Assembly (NCBI RefSeq): GCF_027921745.1
Contig: NC_079238.1
Location: 4,774,001 to 4,838,000 of the forward strand
DNA: 64,000 bases
DNA from: Schizosaccharomyces osmophilus
Taxonomy: Eukaryota
Reading direction: 5' to 3'
Below, piece by piece: positions 24,996 to 36,480 of the stretch (position 1 is its first letter; every line of letters starts with the position of its first letter). The notes under the pieces are model-generated. The model made no database searches. It saw only the letters and a list, made by a program, of their open reading frames with translations, and had not been told where the DNA came from. Position numbers and translations under genes: made by a program.

Positions 24996-25948
24996 GATAA
25001 AAAGTAAGCGCTCTCGTACATAGAGTCGATGCTGTTTGCACTATCCTTCTCGACGACTATAAACCACCGTCCAATTTACAAGTGAGGCCTGCAATTCTTT
25101 CTTTCTTTTGTTTAAGCAACCTGAACTTTTATTCAATAGTGAATTCACAGTTAATTCTGCTTCAATTACTGAACTAAACAGTATTTCTTTTGGTATAGGT
25201 TGGTGGATAACTCCATTACTATGAAACGAATCATAACCTATTTGTTATTTTTACGTTCCGCCTCGATCGGTATACGAAATAACAACAGCGAGCTATGAGC
25301 TGCATAGACCATTTAGGGAAGTCAACCGAAACGCAGAGAGTTCATTCTAGATAAAAACATAAACAATGAAATTTCAACAAAAATGGAAGAAAAAAGATGC
25401 CTTGGTAATTATTGGAACCAATTTTTGTGTAATTCAAAACATAAACGTACTCGTGAGGGTTTACGTTCAAAAAATAATTAATTGAATTCAACGAGAGCAA
25501 TGTTGCTGAGCACTGTAGGCAATGTGTCTTATTTAATAGCGCTTTTTCTTTGGAATTTAATCCCCATTTCTTTAAGGTCAGCAGGGATACACATGAGTAT
25601 TAGTCTATGAAACCATATAAACCATCTCAAGAGCATGTTTGATAGAAAAAAATTATGCTAAATTGTTTCGTGTAAGTCTTTTTACATACACACTTGGTCG
25701 ACATAAGTAAAAAACGTAAGGAATCGCAGATTCAGTTTCCGTTGATAACCTGACTTTCTAAATTTTGGATTTACTCAAAATTCATAGTTTGTTCATTTGG
25801 ACTCGTACAATTTTAATACTTTCACTCACAAATGGATTCAAATGTTTATTTTCTGGCCTTTGTTGTATACAAGAATGGACCCACGTAACATTGTCACTTG
25901 AATGAAAACTATGATGGAAAGAACGCAAGCAAGAACCAAACTGCAAAA

Positions 25949-26295
25949 ATGATAGAAGTCCTTTGGTAAGTTGAACTGTATATGAAAAATGGTGATTTTT
26001 ATTTTCAAGTGGGAATATCTTTGACTAAAGCCTTGTTCCTTAGCAATGATCGACTTGGCAAAAAAGTCCGCGTGAAATGCATGCCTGACGATACGATAGG
26101 TGACTTTAAAAAGCTTGTTGCTGCTCAAACAGGTACAGACCCAAGGTAAATATTGCACAAGTAGTAGGAATTGGTTTACTGACTATTCGTAGGAGAATCG
26201 TGCTGAGAAAATGGCACAGCACTTACAAGGACAACATCACGCTAGCCGACTATGAAATTCATGATGGAATGAGCTTGGAGCTTTACTATTCTTAA
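25949..26295 (+). CDS. hub1: Ubiquitin-like protein Hub1/UBL5, 73 aa; exons 25949-25965, 26044-26145, 26193-26295
   Basis: Spliced translation [73 protein letters not shown] with the di-tyrosine C-terminus. Missed by the ORF track. Confidence 0.97.
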
Positions 26296-27477
26296 ATAGT
26301 AGTATGGCTTTTGCTGTGGATGGATGAAATTAATCCATGAGTCCTGCCGGGTTCCTTAGCTACATAAAATTCTAGCTGTCTTAAATCCGAGAGTTTCAGT
26401 ATTTGTATATGGTTTTGTATTCGGTTTGCAAGTTTTTGTTTGGTATGGAAGTTAGTACGAAATGGTCTTGTAGCGAGTAAAATCGTTGTCAAAAACTTTC
26501 ATTTCATCGAGCCTGGAACCCAAAAAACACAGGCGTTCCTCACTTTTGGTTTCTTTCTCTATTTAGATATGGTTTTTGGAGGAATGCCAAGTCTCGTAGT
26601 TTGGGTTGCGATCTTGCTTATTGCTGACTATGAATGAAAGGTATGTATACTTGCATATGAGAGATTTTCGTTTTCGACTCTTTGTCGATGCTTTAATACA
26701 TTTTAATTATAAATTTTTAATTTTCGAACGCTCTCCATGTCTTGTAAACTGCTCAAGGTCGGTTGTCTAGTATAACAATATGTATCCAAGACATCCAAAG
26801 TACCTGAATCCCCATGAATACAATTTAGATTTCAAAAAAATCAATTGAAGACGTTCTTAGATAGCACTCCACATGTCTTTATTCTTTCCGTTTGTGATAA
26901 AAACAAAAACAATGAAACCTTCCAAATTTGAGACAATCGTGATTCTAACGTTGGTTTCTAGTAACTAAAAACTCTTATTCATTCCTTTGATTCACATTTT
27001 TATATTGAATTACTCTATAACCTAGATCTATAAAGTTTTGTGAGACAGCCTTTTTACCACAGACTGTACTGCTCACCCCGAAAAGATACGACTTTAACAT
27101 TCCTTTCGTACACGGTCAGTTTTCTGTTCATTATTTTTTCTCCTTAAACTAGAATTTATAAACAAAGGAAAAAAATCTGTCATAATCGTGGTTTCGGTAT
27201 TTTGTGGTATTTTGTGTCAATTCTTAGACGGATATTAGTATACTTGGTGGTTTCACTACGGGAGACTTGCAGTTACTAAAAGGCTTACATGTATTTTGGG
27301 GTTATAACGGCCCTTCGGTTCTAACTCGTAGCACCTTTTTGTGTTGCATGGCAACCTGCCCTGCATTTATTTCGAAACTAAGTCATTCTTTATCAGGCTA
27401 TATCATATTTTTCTTCTTCTTCTTTTTTGTCTTATATTCTTCTCTTGTTTGCTTCGTGTTGAACAAAGTTGTTTTCC

Positions 27478-30180
27478 ATGAGTAATCCATATCTGTCTTA
27501 TACGACTGAACAAACGTGCGCTGACCTTGAAACCGACGTGCATAACGGTCTTTCTAATATTCAGGATATTGCAAAACGGCATACGGTTTATGGGGATAAT
27601 GACTTAGCGGTTGATGATGATGAATCTATAGTCGTGCAATTCCTTAAACAGTTCATCCAGGATCCTCTTATACTTCTGTTATTTGCAAGCGCTGCAATAT
27701 CTATATTATTAGGAAATATTGACGATGCGTTTAGTATTGCCTTGGCTATTTTTATTGTGGTGACAGTTGGATTTGTTCAAGAATACCGTTCAGAAAAATC
27801 ATTGGAAGCTCTCAATAATCTTGTACCTCATTACTGCAATGTCATTCGGTCTGGTGTCACTCAACATGTAGTTGCTACGAAATTAGTGCCAGGTGATTTG
27901 ATTTCTTTACAAATCGGTGACCGCGTACCCGCAGATCTTCGCATTGTTGATGCCGTCGAATTCGAAGTTGATGAGTCCAATTTAACAGGAGAAACCAACC
28001 CCAGAAAGAAAATTACTGAACCCTTAGTGTCCAATTTGCCTTTGGGTGAACGAAGCAATATGGCATTCATGGGCACTCTTGTTCGCCATGGCCATGGCCG
28101 CGGTATCGTAGTCGCTACTGGAGCCGATACCGAGTTTGGACGTGTTTTTTTGACCATGCGTGAAACTGAAAAACCAAAAACTCCTCTTCAAAACAGTATG
28201 GATCATTTAGGAAAGCAACTGTCTGCTATATCTATTGCCGGAATTGCGATCATCGTTTTAGTCGGATTTTTCCAAGGAAAAAATTGGCTAGAAATGCTTA
28301 CTATTGGGGTTAGTCTGGCTGTCGCTGCAATTCCAGAAGGGCTTCCTATTATCGTTACCGTTACTCTTGCATTAGGAGTTTTACGAATGTCGAAGAAGAG
28401 AGCCATCGTTAGACGCTTACCAAGTGTAGAGACACTTGGGAGTGTAAATGTCATTTGTTCAGATAAAACGGGAACTCTCACGATGAACCACATGACAGTA
28501 ACAAAAATGTACACCCCTGGCATGACTACGCCTTGTATTATACCCGACGGCGATCATCTTGATTTTTCCATTGAGAAAACTGTCGGTATGAACAAGCTTC
28601 TGTTATCTTCGGCTTTGTGTAATAACAGCAAACGACATGTAAATAAATCTGATGCGATCCTCGATACGACCAACCCATGGGCTGGTTTTCCAGTTGACGT
28701 TGCCTTAACTGAATGCTGCGAACGCTTTGGTTTGAATGATCCAAGAGGTTCATATCCTCGCCTATCAGAAATGCCATTCAACAGTGAGCGCAAATATATG
28801 TCTGTAATCGCCCATTATAACTCTACCAAAACTACTTTTATGAAGGGAGCTATGGACCAGGTTCTTAAAAGCTGTGCTTACTACACGGATAGTGCTGGAA
28901 CCCAACATGAGCTCACACCCTATATGCGTGATGAAATCCGCAAGCATGAAATGGACATGGCTAAAACGGGATTACGGATTATCGCTGCAGCCAGCGGTAT
29001 TCTCCCCAATAAACTGGTGTTTCATGGTCTGTTTGGTATTAATGATCCCCCAAGGCCGTACGTTCGTGAGAGTATCCAACAATTAATGACTGGTGGTGTT
29101 CGTATAATAATGATTACTGGAGATAGTATTGTTACCGCTGTCAGTGTTGCTAGGGCATTAGGTATGGCTATACCAAGCAGTGATCAAGATGCGATTCAAA
29201 ACTATGCCATAACCGGTGATCAGTTGGACGAGCTAGACGATTCGTCATTGCGAGATGTTGTATCTCGCGCAGTAGTTTTTGCTCGAACGACGCCAAACCA
29301 CAAAATGAAGATTGTTAAGGCACTTCAATCATTAGACGATGTAGTCGCGATGACTGGTGATGGTGTTAATGATGCACCAGCTCTAAAATTGGCGGATATT
29401 GGCATCGCTATGGGCCGTCAAGGTACCGATGTTGCTAAAGAAGCTGCTGACATGATTCTTACCGATGATTCGTTTGCAACTATTTTACACGCAGTGGAAG
29501 AAGGAAAAGGTATTTTTAACAACATTCGTAATTTTATCACTTTCCAACTTTCAACAAGTGTTGCAGCATTGTCGTTGATTGCAATCTCTTCCCTGTTTGG
29601 TCTACAAAATCCGTTGAATGCTATGCAAATATTATGGATTAATATTTTGATGGATGGACCACCAGCTCAAAGTCTTGGCGTTGAAACTGTTGACGACGAC
29701 GTGATGATGAAGCCTCCTCGTCCCAGAAACGCTCCAATATTAACCGTACAGTTGTTGAAGCGGGTTCTTTTGAGTGCTTTTATTATTGTTTTCGTAACTA
29801 CCTTAGTTTTCAAGGTGGAAATGAAAGATGGCCAAGTCACTGCTCGTGATACGACTATGACTTTTACCTGCTTTGTTCTTTTTGATATGTTTAATGCATT
29901 ATCTTGTCGTTCTGAAACAAAATCCGTGTTTAAATTGGGAATTTTTTCCAATCGAATGTTTAATATTGCCGTCGGGGGATCATTACTTGGTCAAACTCTT
30001 GTCATCTATGTGCCTCTTTTCCAAAAAATTTTTCAAACAGAAGCTTTGGGATTTAAGGATATCGTTACGTTATTAATTTACACTAGCTCTGTTTTATGGG
30101 TTGACGAAATTCGAAAATGGTATCTTCACCGAAAAGGCCTTGTTCGAACCAAGAGTACTTATATATTAGGAAACGTTTAA
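27478..30180 (+). CDS. pmr1: Ca2+/Mn2+ P2A-type ATPase Pmr1
   Basis: ESNLTGE, PEGLP, CSDKTGTLT, KGA, DPPR, MITGD, TGDGVNDAPALK; first ATG at 27478. Confidence 0.96.
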   Translation: MSNPYLSYTTEQTCADLETDVHNGLSNIQDIAKRHTVYGDNDLAVDDDESIVVQFLKQFIQDPLILLLFASAAISILLGNIDDAFSIALAIFIVVTVGFVQEYRSEKSLEALNNLVPHYCNVIRSGVTQHVVATKLVPGDLISLQIGDRVPADLRIVDAVEFEVDESNLTGETNPRKKITEPLVSNLPLGERSNMAFMGTLVRHGHGRGIVVATGADTEFGRVFLTMRETEKPKTPLQNSMDHLGKQLSAISIAGIAIIVLVGFFQGKNWLEMLTIGVSLAVAAIPEGLPIIVTVTLALGVLRMSKKRAIVRRLPSVETLGSVNVICSDKTGTLTMNHMTVTKMYTPGMTTPCIIPDGDHLDFSIEKTVGMNKLLLSSALCNNSKRHVNKSDAILDTTNPWAGFPVDVALTECCERFGLNDPRGSYPRLSEMPFNSERKYMSVIAHYNSTKTTFMKGAMDQVLKSCAYYTDSAGTQHELTPYMRDEIRKHEMDMAKTGLRIIAAASGILPNKLVFHGLFGINDPPRPYVRESIQQLMTGGVRIIMITGDSIVTAVSVARALGMAIPSSDQDAIQNYAITGDQLDELDDSSLRDVVSRAVVFARTTPNHKMKIVKALQSLDDVVAMTGDGVNDAPALKLADIGIAMGRQGTDVAKEAADMILTDDSFATILHAVEEGKGIFNNIRNFITFQLSTSVAALSLIAISSLFGLQNPLNAMQILWINILMDGPPAQSLGVETVDDDVMMKPPRPRNAPILTVQLLKRVLLSAFIIVFVTTLVFKVEMKDGQVTARDTTMTFTCFVLFDMFNALSCRSETKSVFKLGIFSNRMFNIAVGGSLLGQTLVIYVPLFQKIFQTEALGFKDIVTLLIYTSSVLWVDEIRKWYLHRKGLVRTKSTYILGNV

Positions 30181-30759
30181 CTTTGATTTGATTCTGCTTG
30201 TTCAAAATTCTTACCTCGTTAAATATAATATCCGGGGTTTGTTAGAGTCGATAAGTCTGTTTTAATATAATACGAAACGTATACGCCATGAAGTCCAGTC
30301 TTTCTTATAATCCAGTGTTACTAATTCCTTAGAAAATGAGTTAGTTGTTTGTCCAACTTAATGTAAAAGCTAGTAATCCAATTGATACTTAATTTCTTTG
30401 TACAATATGTTTTTGCAATTCTGGATTGAACAATGCTGCTTAGAACTATCAATGGTTCTCTAAGGATTTACTTGAACGTTCATTAGATGCTAGGGATTCT
30501 TCCCTTTCAGTACCTTTATTTGAGTTCTTATTAAGTTCCTATGTTAATGACAACAGCACCTTTTCCATGCGTGTGCATCAGTGTTCTAATGAATTTCGAT
30601 TTAAGAATAAAATTACTTAGGCTGTTCATTTTTGGAATCTTACCATTGTACTGACTGCTTGAATGATCCTACCCAGAACCAAATCCTCAACGAATGCGGC
30701 AATTGTTTCGTAAAAAGTAATAATAGTAGGTCTATTCAATTAAAATAGATCTATAGAAG

Positions 30760-33700
30760 ATGAGGTTACCCTCATGGTTAAAAAACTCGTCTTCTTGGCT
30801 GTGGAGTGCTGCGTTGTCAGGAGCAGTTCAACGTCGACTGCTAGCGTTCGCTTTACAGAAGCTCATAGGATCAATTCTTCAAGAAGATGTTCGTCCAGAG
30901 GATATACAGCTTTTATTTTCAAAAGGAGTCCTGGTTTTGTCTAATCTACAACTAAATTGCGAGTTTTTAAATGCAGTTATCCCATTTCCCACCATTAGAG
31001 TAGTAAAAGGTATTGTTAGGAAATTGGTTCTGCATGTGAACCTTACAGATCTTGTCAATTTAAACGTGGAGCTCGAAGTCCAAGGATTGGCATTAGATGT
31101 AACACTTATTCAAACAGGTGAATATATGGATTCCACAATCTATCAGGATGCTTCCTCTCAACTCGATATTTTGGATAATGTGGTCGATTATATGAACAAG
31201 ACAGCCTCCCAAGACTTTGAAGAAGAGGTTAGAAGTGAGGGACTTGACGATGAGATACCTGATAATTCCCGCAATTTACTCGACAACATTTTACAGAAGT
31301 GCCTTGCTTCTACTTCCGTGATTGTAGAACATCTAAAATTGGCACTCAAGCCATCTCATTATCCTACTGCTTTGGAAATGAGTATCGATTTTATTAATTT
31401 TTCTTCGTTTAATAACAGCTCATTATCAAGGTTACTGAATATTTCTGGAATCGTTCTGAGTATGGTCAAGCAGGATAATGATTCCGGGATTCGGAATTCA
31501 TCATCTTCGGGAGGACTTGCTCACTCTTTAAGTTCCTCTGCCTCTAGTGCTATGGAGGATGCACGAAGTTTTTTTACACCTGAGTCTGAGACATCTGAAT
31601 CACCAACAATGTATGTCAGTAGTGCCAAAGAAATTGCCCCTTCTGATCCTTCTTTAAATCCGGATGAGTCAAAGGAGACAGATCGTGCCATTTTTTTTCG
31701 TTCTACTGGGGAATTTCGATGTGTATTCAGCATAGAGGTCTCAACATTATTGGTTATAGAAGCTCATGTTCCTCCTTGCGTGTTTGATTTATCCCCTCAG
31801 GTTTGCGCTTTTTTGTTGTACTTGTTTAGGCTATTCAGTGATTCATCCAATTTTTCAAACATGGGATCAGATGCAGCAAAATCTCCCTTCGATAATGTTC
31901 AACTGGATATTCATGTATCTTCGTTTAAAGTAAATGTCCATTGCAGGCTACCTGATACAGTCGACTGCCTTACTGCGGCTGATATACTAGATCAGCTTCA
32001 TTGGGCTCCTGAAAATTCCTCTAATCTCGAAATGCACTTTAATCAAATTCAGATATCTAATGACAATCATGATCTTAATGACCTGTTTATGACCTTTTCC
32101 AATTTTGGGATATTTATGGATGATAGTCCTTTAATTTCGTTTGATAAGGCAATGCATTCTTCTTGTTCTATAAGTTTTCATATGGAAAACTTACAGTCTA
32201 CTATTACATTACGAATGTCAAGCGGTGAAATTTCTTTACCATTTGAAAAATTCATTAATATTAAGGAATTTTTTGTTACGTTTTTCAAAGATTTCGCAAT
32301 GCTTCAAAACTATTTCCTGGGTTTTACTGAGATTAGCAGACGGCAGGATGCTTACCAATCTTCAAATTCCCTAAACGTAAAATCAAAGGGTCCAACAATT
32401 GAAGTTATAGTCTTGCTTGACCGTTTCCAATTCCAGCTCACGAAGCGTCGCTCTGAACAACTCACCACATGCTTTTCTATAGCCGCCAGTCATTTGCAGC
32501 TAACTAGAAAATCTTTGGGAACCTTTTCTTCCGTACTAGTGTTTTCTAAAAATATAAGTTTTGATATGGAAAACTACTCCGCCGCTGAATACCCTTGGAA
32601 AAGCATTTCATCAGAAACTGTTTTGCGAATTTCCAATGGTATTTTTGAGACACATGCGATTTCAGGATTACCAGCATTTAATGTATTTGTTCAGCAAGAT
32701 GAATTTTATCATCCAAAATTTCAGAAGTTAGCGAATAAATCCGCCTGCCATGAGAACCATTTTTATGTCGCTTTTGATGGGCTTCATTTGGCAATCAATA
32801 AAGAAGTGATTGAATCTTTTAAATCATTAATTGAGGATATATCTGCCGCATTCAGCAATCCTGTAACTCCCAAAAATAGAGTGCAGCCGGACTTCAGAAA
32901 CTTTTTAAAAATACGAATTCGTGATTTTTCGTTGCGTTCATCTCATGAGGACGGAAACTCTTTACTTTTGAAATCTGACAGAATAAAACATTACATGTCA
33001 TGGGTTGGAGCAGAACTGATAAGCTTAGATTCTCGTACTTACAATCTTTCGGCTTACTATTCTACACGCTTTTTCAAGGATCGTCCGCTTTTGTCGGTAG
33101 TGAGAAATTTTAAAAACGGCGAAAAATATATTTTGAATTTGTCGCTCACGTTTTTCTTTCAAAATCATATTGGTTCTACTAATGAATTACAAGCAAGTGT
33201 GATTGATTTAGGGTATGAGCATTACATAGCTGATTTTTGGCTCACTAATTTCTTGAAAACGTATTTTCCTCAGGATCCTGAGGTGCCTTTCCTTGAATTT
33301 CCTAGATTTCCTTATAGCATAAACCTTACAGTATCTGATTGTATTTTAGGGTTGAACCCGTCCACCATGGAATCAAAATTATTGATGCATTTGAAAGCTC
33401 TTGAGATTCAAGTCGGTGCCATTCTTTTGGAAACAACAATCAACATCAAGGCTTTCACAAGTGAGGCTTTTTTATATATAATTAACAAATTAAATGAAGA
33501 CGTTATGTCCGAGAAGAAACCCTTATTTCAAGAAGAACTTTGGAAGTCGGACGCCAAGCTATCACAAATGGCAGCCGATGTAACCATTGGTTTTGTGATT
33601 CAGTCACTTGGATACATCGAATTGGCTAGGATATCGGGCTTGAATACTGAAGTAACCGTACGGATTAATAATGGAGATTTGGCTACATATATAAACCTTA

Positions 33701-35658
33701 ATAATGCTGATTTGCATCTCCAGTCCTGTGCTGACAGCACTCAACTATTTTTCCAAATTATTTCTGATTGTTCCACTCCGAAGAATGATAATCAGGTTAA
33801 AGATTACTTAGTATCTCCAAATCCCAGTTACACGGATTTGCTTAGAGAAGTGGACACGGAATTTTTTGCTGATATTGTAAACCTCAGAAGTTTGAGATCG
33901 TCAGATACGGATATTTCGGTTAGCAATCAAACTCTAGACATCGTCAACGACTACTATACTTCTTCTGTTAGTTCAGAAGATAAGTCATCTCAGTCAGCAG
34001 CTTCAAGGGATTCTTCTCAAAGTGAAATCTTATCAGATGATTATGATGATCTTAACTTTTCTGATGAAGAAGCTTTAGCATCTGAAGATAACTTGAAACA
34101 GGATATCGAGCTTATTGAGGATCATTTTTTAAGTCAAGGATCAATAGAGCATCCTAACCATGATGGCGAGGTTAATGAGTACGATATGAAGCTTGTAATA
34201 TCCAATGTTCGTGTCAGTTGGGAATTATACGATGGATACGATTGGAATTCGACCAGACATATTATTTCTGAAGCTATCGAGACTTTTTTACAGAATAGTA
34301 AAACGAAAAACAAGGATGGAGGTAAGACTCATGTTTTTGAAAGTATATGTCTCGAAGGATTTTCTCAAATTGAAAAAATATATTTCGACAAAATTGCCGA
34401 AGCTATTGACGTGAATTATCGAACGGAATCTTTATCTAAATATGAAAGGCAGCACATTTTGCGATTAGGTCGCTCGAATAGCAACAAAGTAATGATCGAG
34501 ATAATTGGATTAATGGGGAGTTTTACATCCTTACGCGGGGAAAAAGTTTCAAACGATGTTTTAAGTGAACTGGAACTTGGTATCAAAGATTTGACTATTT
34601 ATGATCATTTGCTTTCGTCAACCTGGAATAAGTTTTTTAGTCGTGATACTAGATCGCCATCATCGAAAAATAGGAACCATCACATGAATATTAGATTTGC
34701 TACAGTACGCCCTTTACCAGAATTAATGAATAACGAGTTACGGGTGGAAATCGGAATCTTACCTTCAAAGATGTATATAGATCAAGATACGCTGGATTTT
34801 ATAATTCGCTTTTTTACGTTCAAACCAGAAGTTCCGACGGAAACAGATGTTTCCACTACAGACCTTCCATTTTTCCAGTCTATATGTGTGCATGCTACAC
34901 ATTTCACGGTTGATTATAAGTTCAAAAATCCTAATCCTGCGGGAATAAAAAGTGGAAGATTACCCGATTTTGGAAACTTTCTTGTAGTTCAAGGCTCGGA
35001 AGTTTTTTTAAGGCAATTACAAATTTACGGTCTGTCTGGGATCGAGGAATTTTTGCATGCTCTTTTGACTGTTTGGTTCCAGGATATACGTAACAGTCAA
35101 TTGCAGAAGGTGCTTAATGGACTAGTCCCAATTCGAACACTATTCACAGTCGGAAGTGGAGTGAAAGATATATTTGTGTCTCCTGTGAAAGGTTTACAAA
35201 AAAAGCGCTCAATGAGAAGATTCCGGCATGGAGTGTTAAAATTTACTGGAAAATATATGAACGACCTTTTATCATTTAATGCACAAGGAATGACAGGCAC
35301 GCATGCGTTGTTGAAGCAAGTTGAGGAATACCTGCAATCCTCGAGAGAATTGCGATCAAGAAGATTTAGTTATTATGCAAATCAGCCGGAATCGTTGGAG
35401 CAAGGACTGCTAGAGGGTTATCATGGCTTTCGACAAGGCTTGGTCGGAGCAAGAACAACGTTACAATCTATTCCCGGCGAAGCATCTCAAAGTGCGAGTC
35501 TAGGTAGCGCTGCCCAAGTAGTAAGCAAGAAAATGCCATTAGCTATGTTGAAGCCCATGGTTGGAGCCACTGAGGCAGTTTCAAAAACCTTGTGGGGTTT
35601 GTCTAATTCGTTACAACCTCAGCGCAGGCATAACCTTCGAGAAAAATACAAGAGGTAA
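30760..35658 (+). CDS. atg2: Autophagy lipid-transfer protein Atg2, 1632 aa
   Basis: Chorein-N start (QRRLLAFALQKLIG), WELYDGYDW, IYDHLLSSTWNKF, YIDQDTLDF, and ATG_C region (KPMVGATEAVSKTL..EKYK). Confidence 0.95.
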   Translation: MRLPSWLKNSSSWLWSAALSGAVQRRLLAFALQKLIGSILQEDVRPEDIQLLFSKGVLVLSNLQLNCEFLNAVIPFPTIRVVKGIVRKLVLHVNLTDLVNLNVELEVQGLALDVTLIQTGEYMDSTIYQDASSQLDILDNVVDYMNKTASQDFEEEVRSEGLDDEIPDNSRNLLDNILQKCLASTSVIVEHLKLALKPSHYPTALEMSIDFINFSSFNNSSLSRLLNISGIVLSMVKQDNDSGIRNSSSSGGLAHSLSSSASSAMEDARSFFTPESETSESPTMYVSSAKEIAPSDPSLNPDESKETDRAIFFRSTGEFRCVFSIEVSTLLVIEAHVPPCVFDLSPQVCAFLLYLFRLFSDSSNFSNMGSDAAKSPFDNVQLDIHVSSFKVNVHCRLPDTVDCLTAADILDQLHWAPENSSNLEMHFNQIQISNDNHDLNDLFMTFSNFGIFMDDSPLISFDKAMHSSCSISFHMENLQSTITLRMSSGEISLPFEKFINIKEFFVTFFKDFAMLQNYFLGFTEISRRQDAYQSSNSLNVKSKGPTIEVIVLLDRFQFQLTKRRSEQLTTCFSIAASHLQLTRKSLGTFSSVLVFSKNISFDMENYSAAEYPWKSISSETVLRISNGIFETHAISGLPAFNVFVQQDEFYHPKFQKLANKSACHENHFYVAFDGLHLAINKEVIESFKSLIEDISAAFSNPVTPKNRVQPDFRNFLKIRIRDFSLRSSHEDGNSLLLKSDRIKHYMSWVGAELISLDSRTYNLSAYYSTRFFKDRPLLSVVRNFKNGEKYILNLSLTFFFQNHIGSTNELQASVIDLGYEHYIADFWLTNFLKTYFPQDPEVPFLEFPRFPYSINLTVSDCILGLNPSTMESKLLMHLKALEIQVGAILLETTINIKAFTSEAFLYIINKLNEDVMSEKKPLFQEELWKSDAKLSQMAADVTIGFVIQSLGYIELARISGLNTEVTVRINNGDLATYINLNNADLHLQSCADSTQLFFQIISDCSTPKNDNQVKDYLVSPNPSYTDLLREVDTEFFADIVNLRSLRSSDTDISVSNQTLDIVNDYYTSSVSSEDKSSQSAASRDSSQSEILSDDYDDLNFSDEEALASEDNLKQDIELIEDHFLSQGSIEHPNHDGEVNEYDMKLVISNVRVSWELYDGYDWNSTRHIISEAIETFLQNSKTKNKDGGKTHVFESICLEGFSQIEKIYFDKIAEAIDVNYRTESLSKYERQHILRLGRSNSNKVMIEIIGLMGSFTSLRGEKVSNDVLSELELGIKDLTIYDHLLSSTWNKFFSRDTRSPSSKNRNHHMNIRFATVRPLPELMNNELRVEIGILPSKMYIDQDTLDFIIRFFTFKPEVPTETDVSTTDLPFFQSICVHATHFTVDYKFKNPNPAGIKSGRLPDFGNFLVVQGSEVFLRQLQIYGLSGIEEFLHALLTVWFQDIRNSQLQKVLNGLVPIRTLFTVGSGVKDIFVSPVKGLQKKRSMRRFRHGVLKFTGKYMNDLLSFNAQGMTGTHALLKQVEEYLQSSRELRSRRFSYYANQPESLEQGLLEGYHGFRQGLVGARTTLQSIPGEASQSASLGSAAQVVSKKMPLAMLKPMVGATEAVSKTLWGLSNSLQPQRRHNLREKYKR

Positions 35659-36148
35659 GTTTTCCAAAGGTTAAGGTTTTTTAATCCAAAGACTTGTTTT
35701 TTCAATTACACATTCGACGTGGGCTTTCTTAGCACAAGAAGTGAAAGCATGGAATGTTATTCTTTATCTTTAAAAACGAACGTTGCACTACTAAATTATT
35801 ATGATTGAAGACTGCTGACTTGGTAGTATGATAATCTTCTATTTTAATTGTTTATGATTAATCCCGGAACCACTTGGGGTCATTTGTAGAATATGAGCTT
35901 TTATGAGAACTCAAATTCGATTGTAGACTGCCAGAGCAAAACGGGCAATTATTTAATGAATCTTTATTTTAATGAATAATCGTTGTTTATGGAAAACTAA
36001 AAACTACTTCTTTGTCACTGAGTGGATCTTTTGATTTGCAAGTAAGGTATTAGTACTTTGTAAAGAACATAGTAATCTTAATACTATCATCATGCATTGT
36101 TTATTGAACTGTCGAAAAGGTTAGAGAAAAAAAAAGTACGGTTGTCGA

Positions 36149-36220
36149 AGGTCGTACTGGGAATCGAACCCAGGTCTCGAGAATCAGAATCTCATGTGCT
36201 AGCCACTACACCATACAACC
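36149..36220 (-). tRNA. tRNA-Gln(CTG), identical to 12933-13004
   Basis: Same 72-nt body and same 13-nt trailer; T9 terminator. Confidence 0.97.
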
Positions 36221-36480
36221 GTAGCTTGTCTACTTTAGAGATAATATACTCAATATATGTTTTGTTTAACAAGACATAGCTCGATGCTACACATATTTAC
36301 CACATATTAAGATAAGCATGACTATAGTATAAAATGTTCGTACAGCATTTTGCAAAAAAATTTTAAGCACAAGTCTACAGGACTACAATTTACTTCTCTT
36401 CTATAATTATATCCCGCATCGCGCGTAATTTACAACTCAATTCATGAATGTAAGTAACTGGAAATAATTGTCTACTAAGC

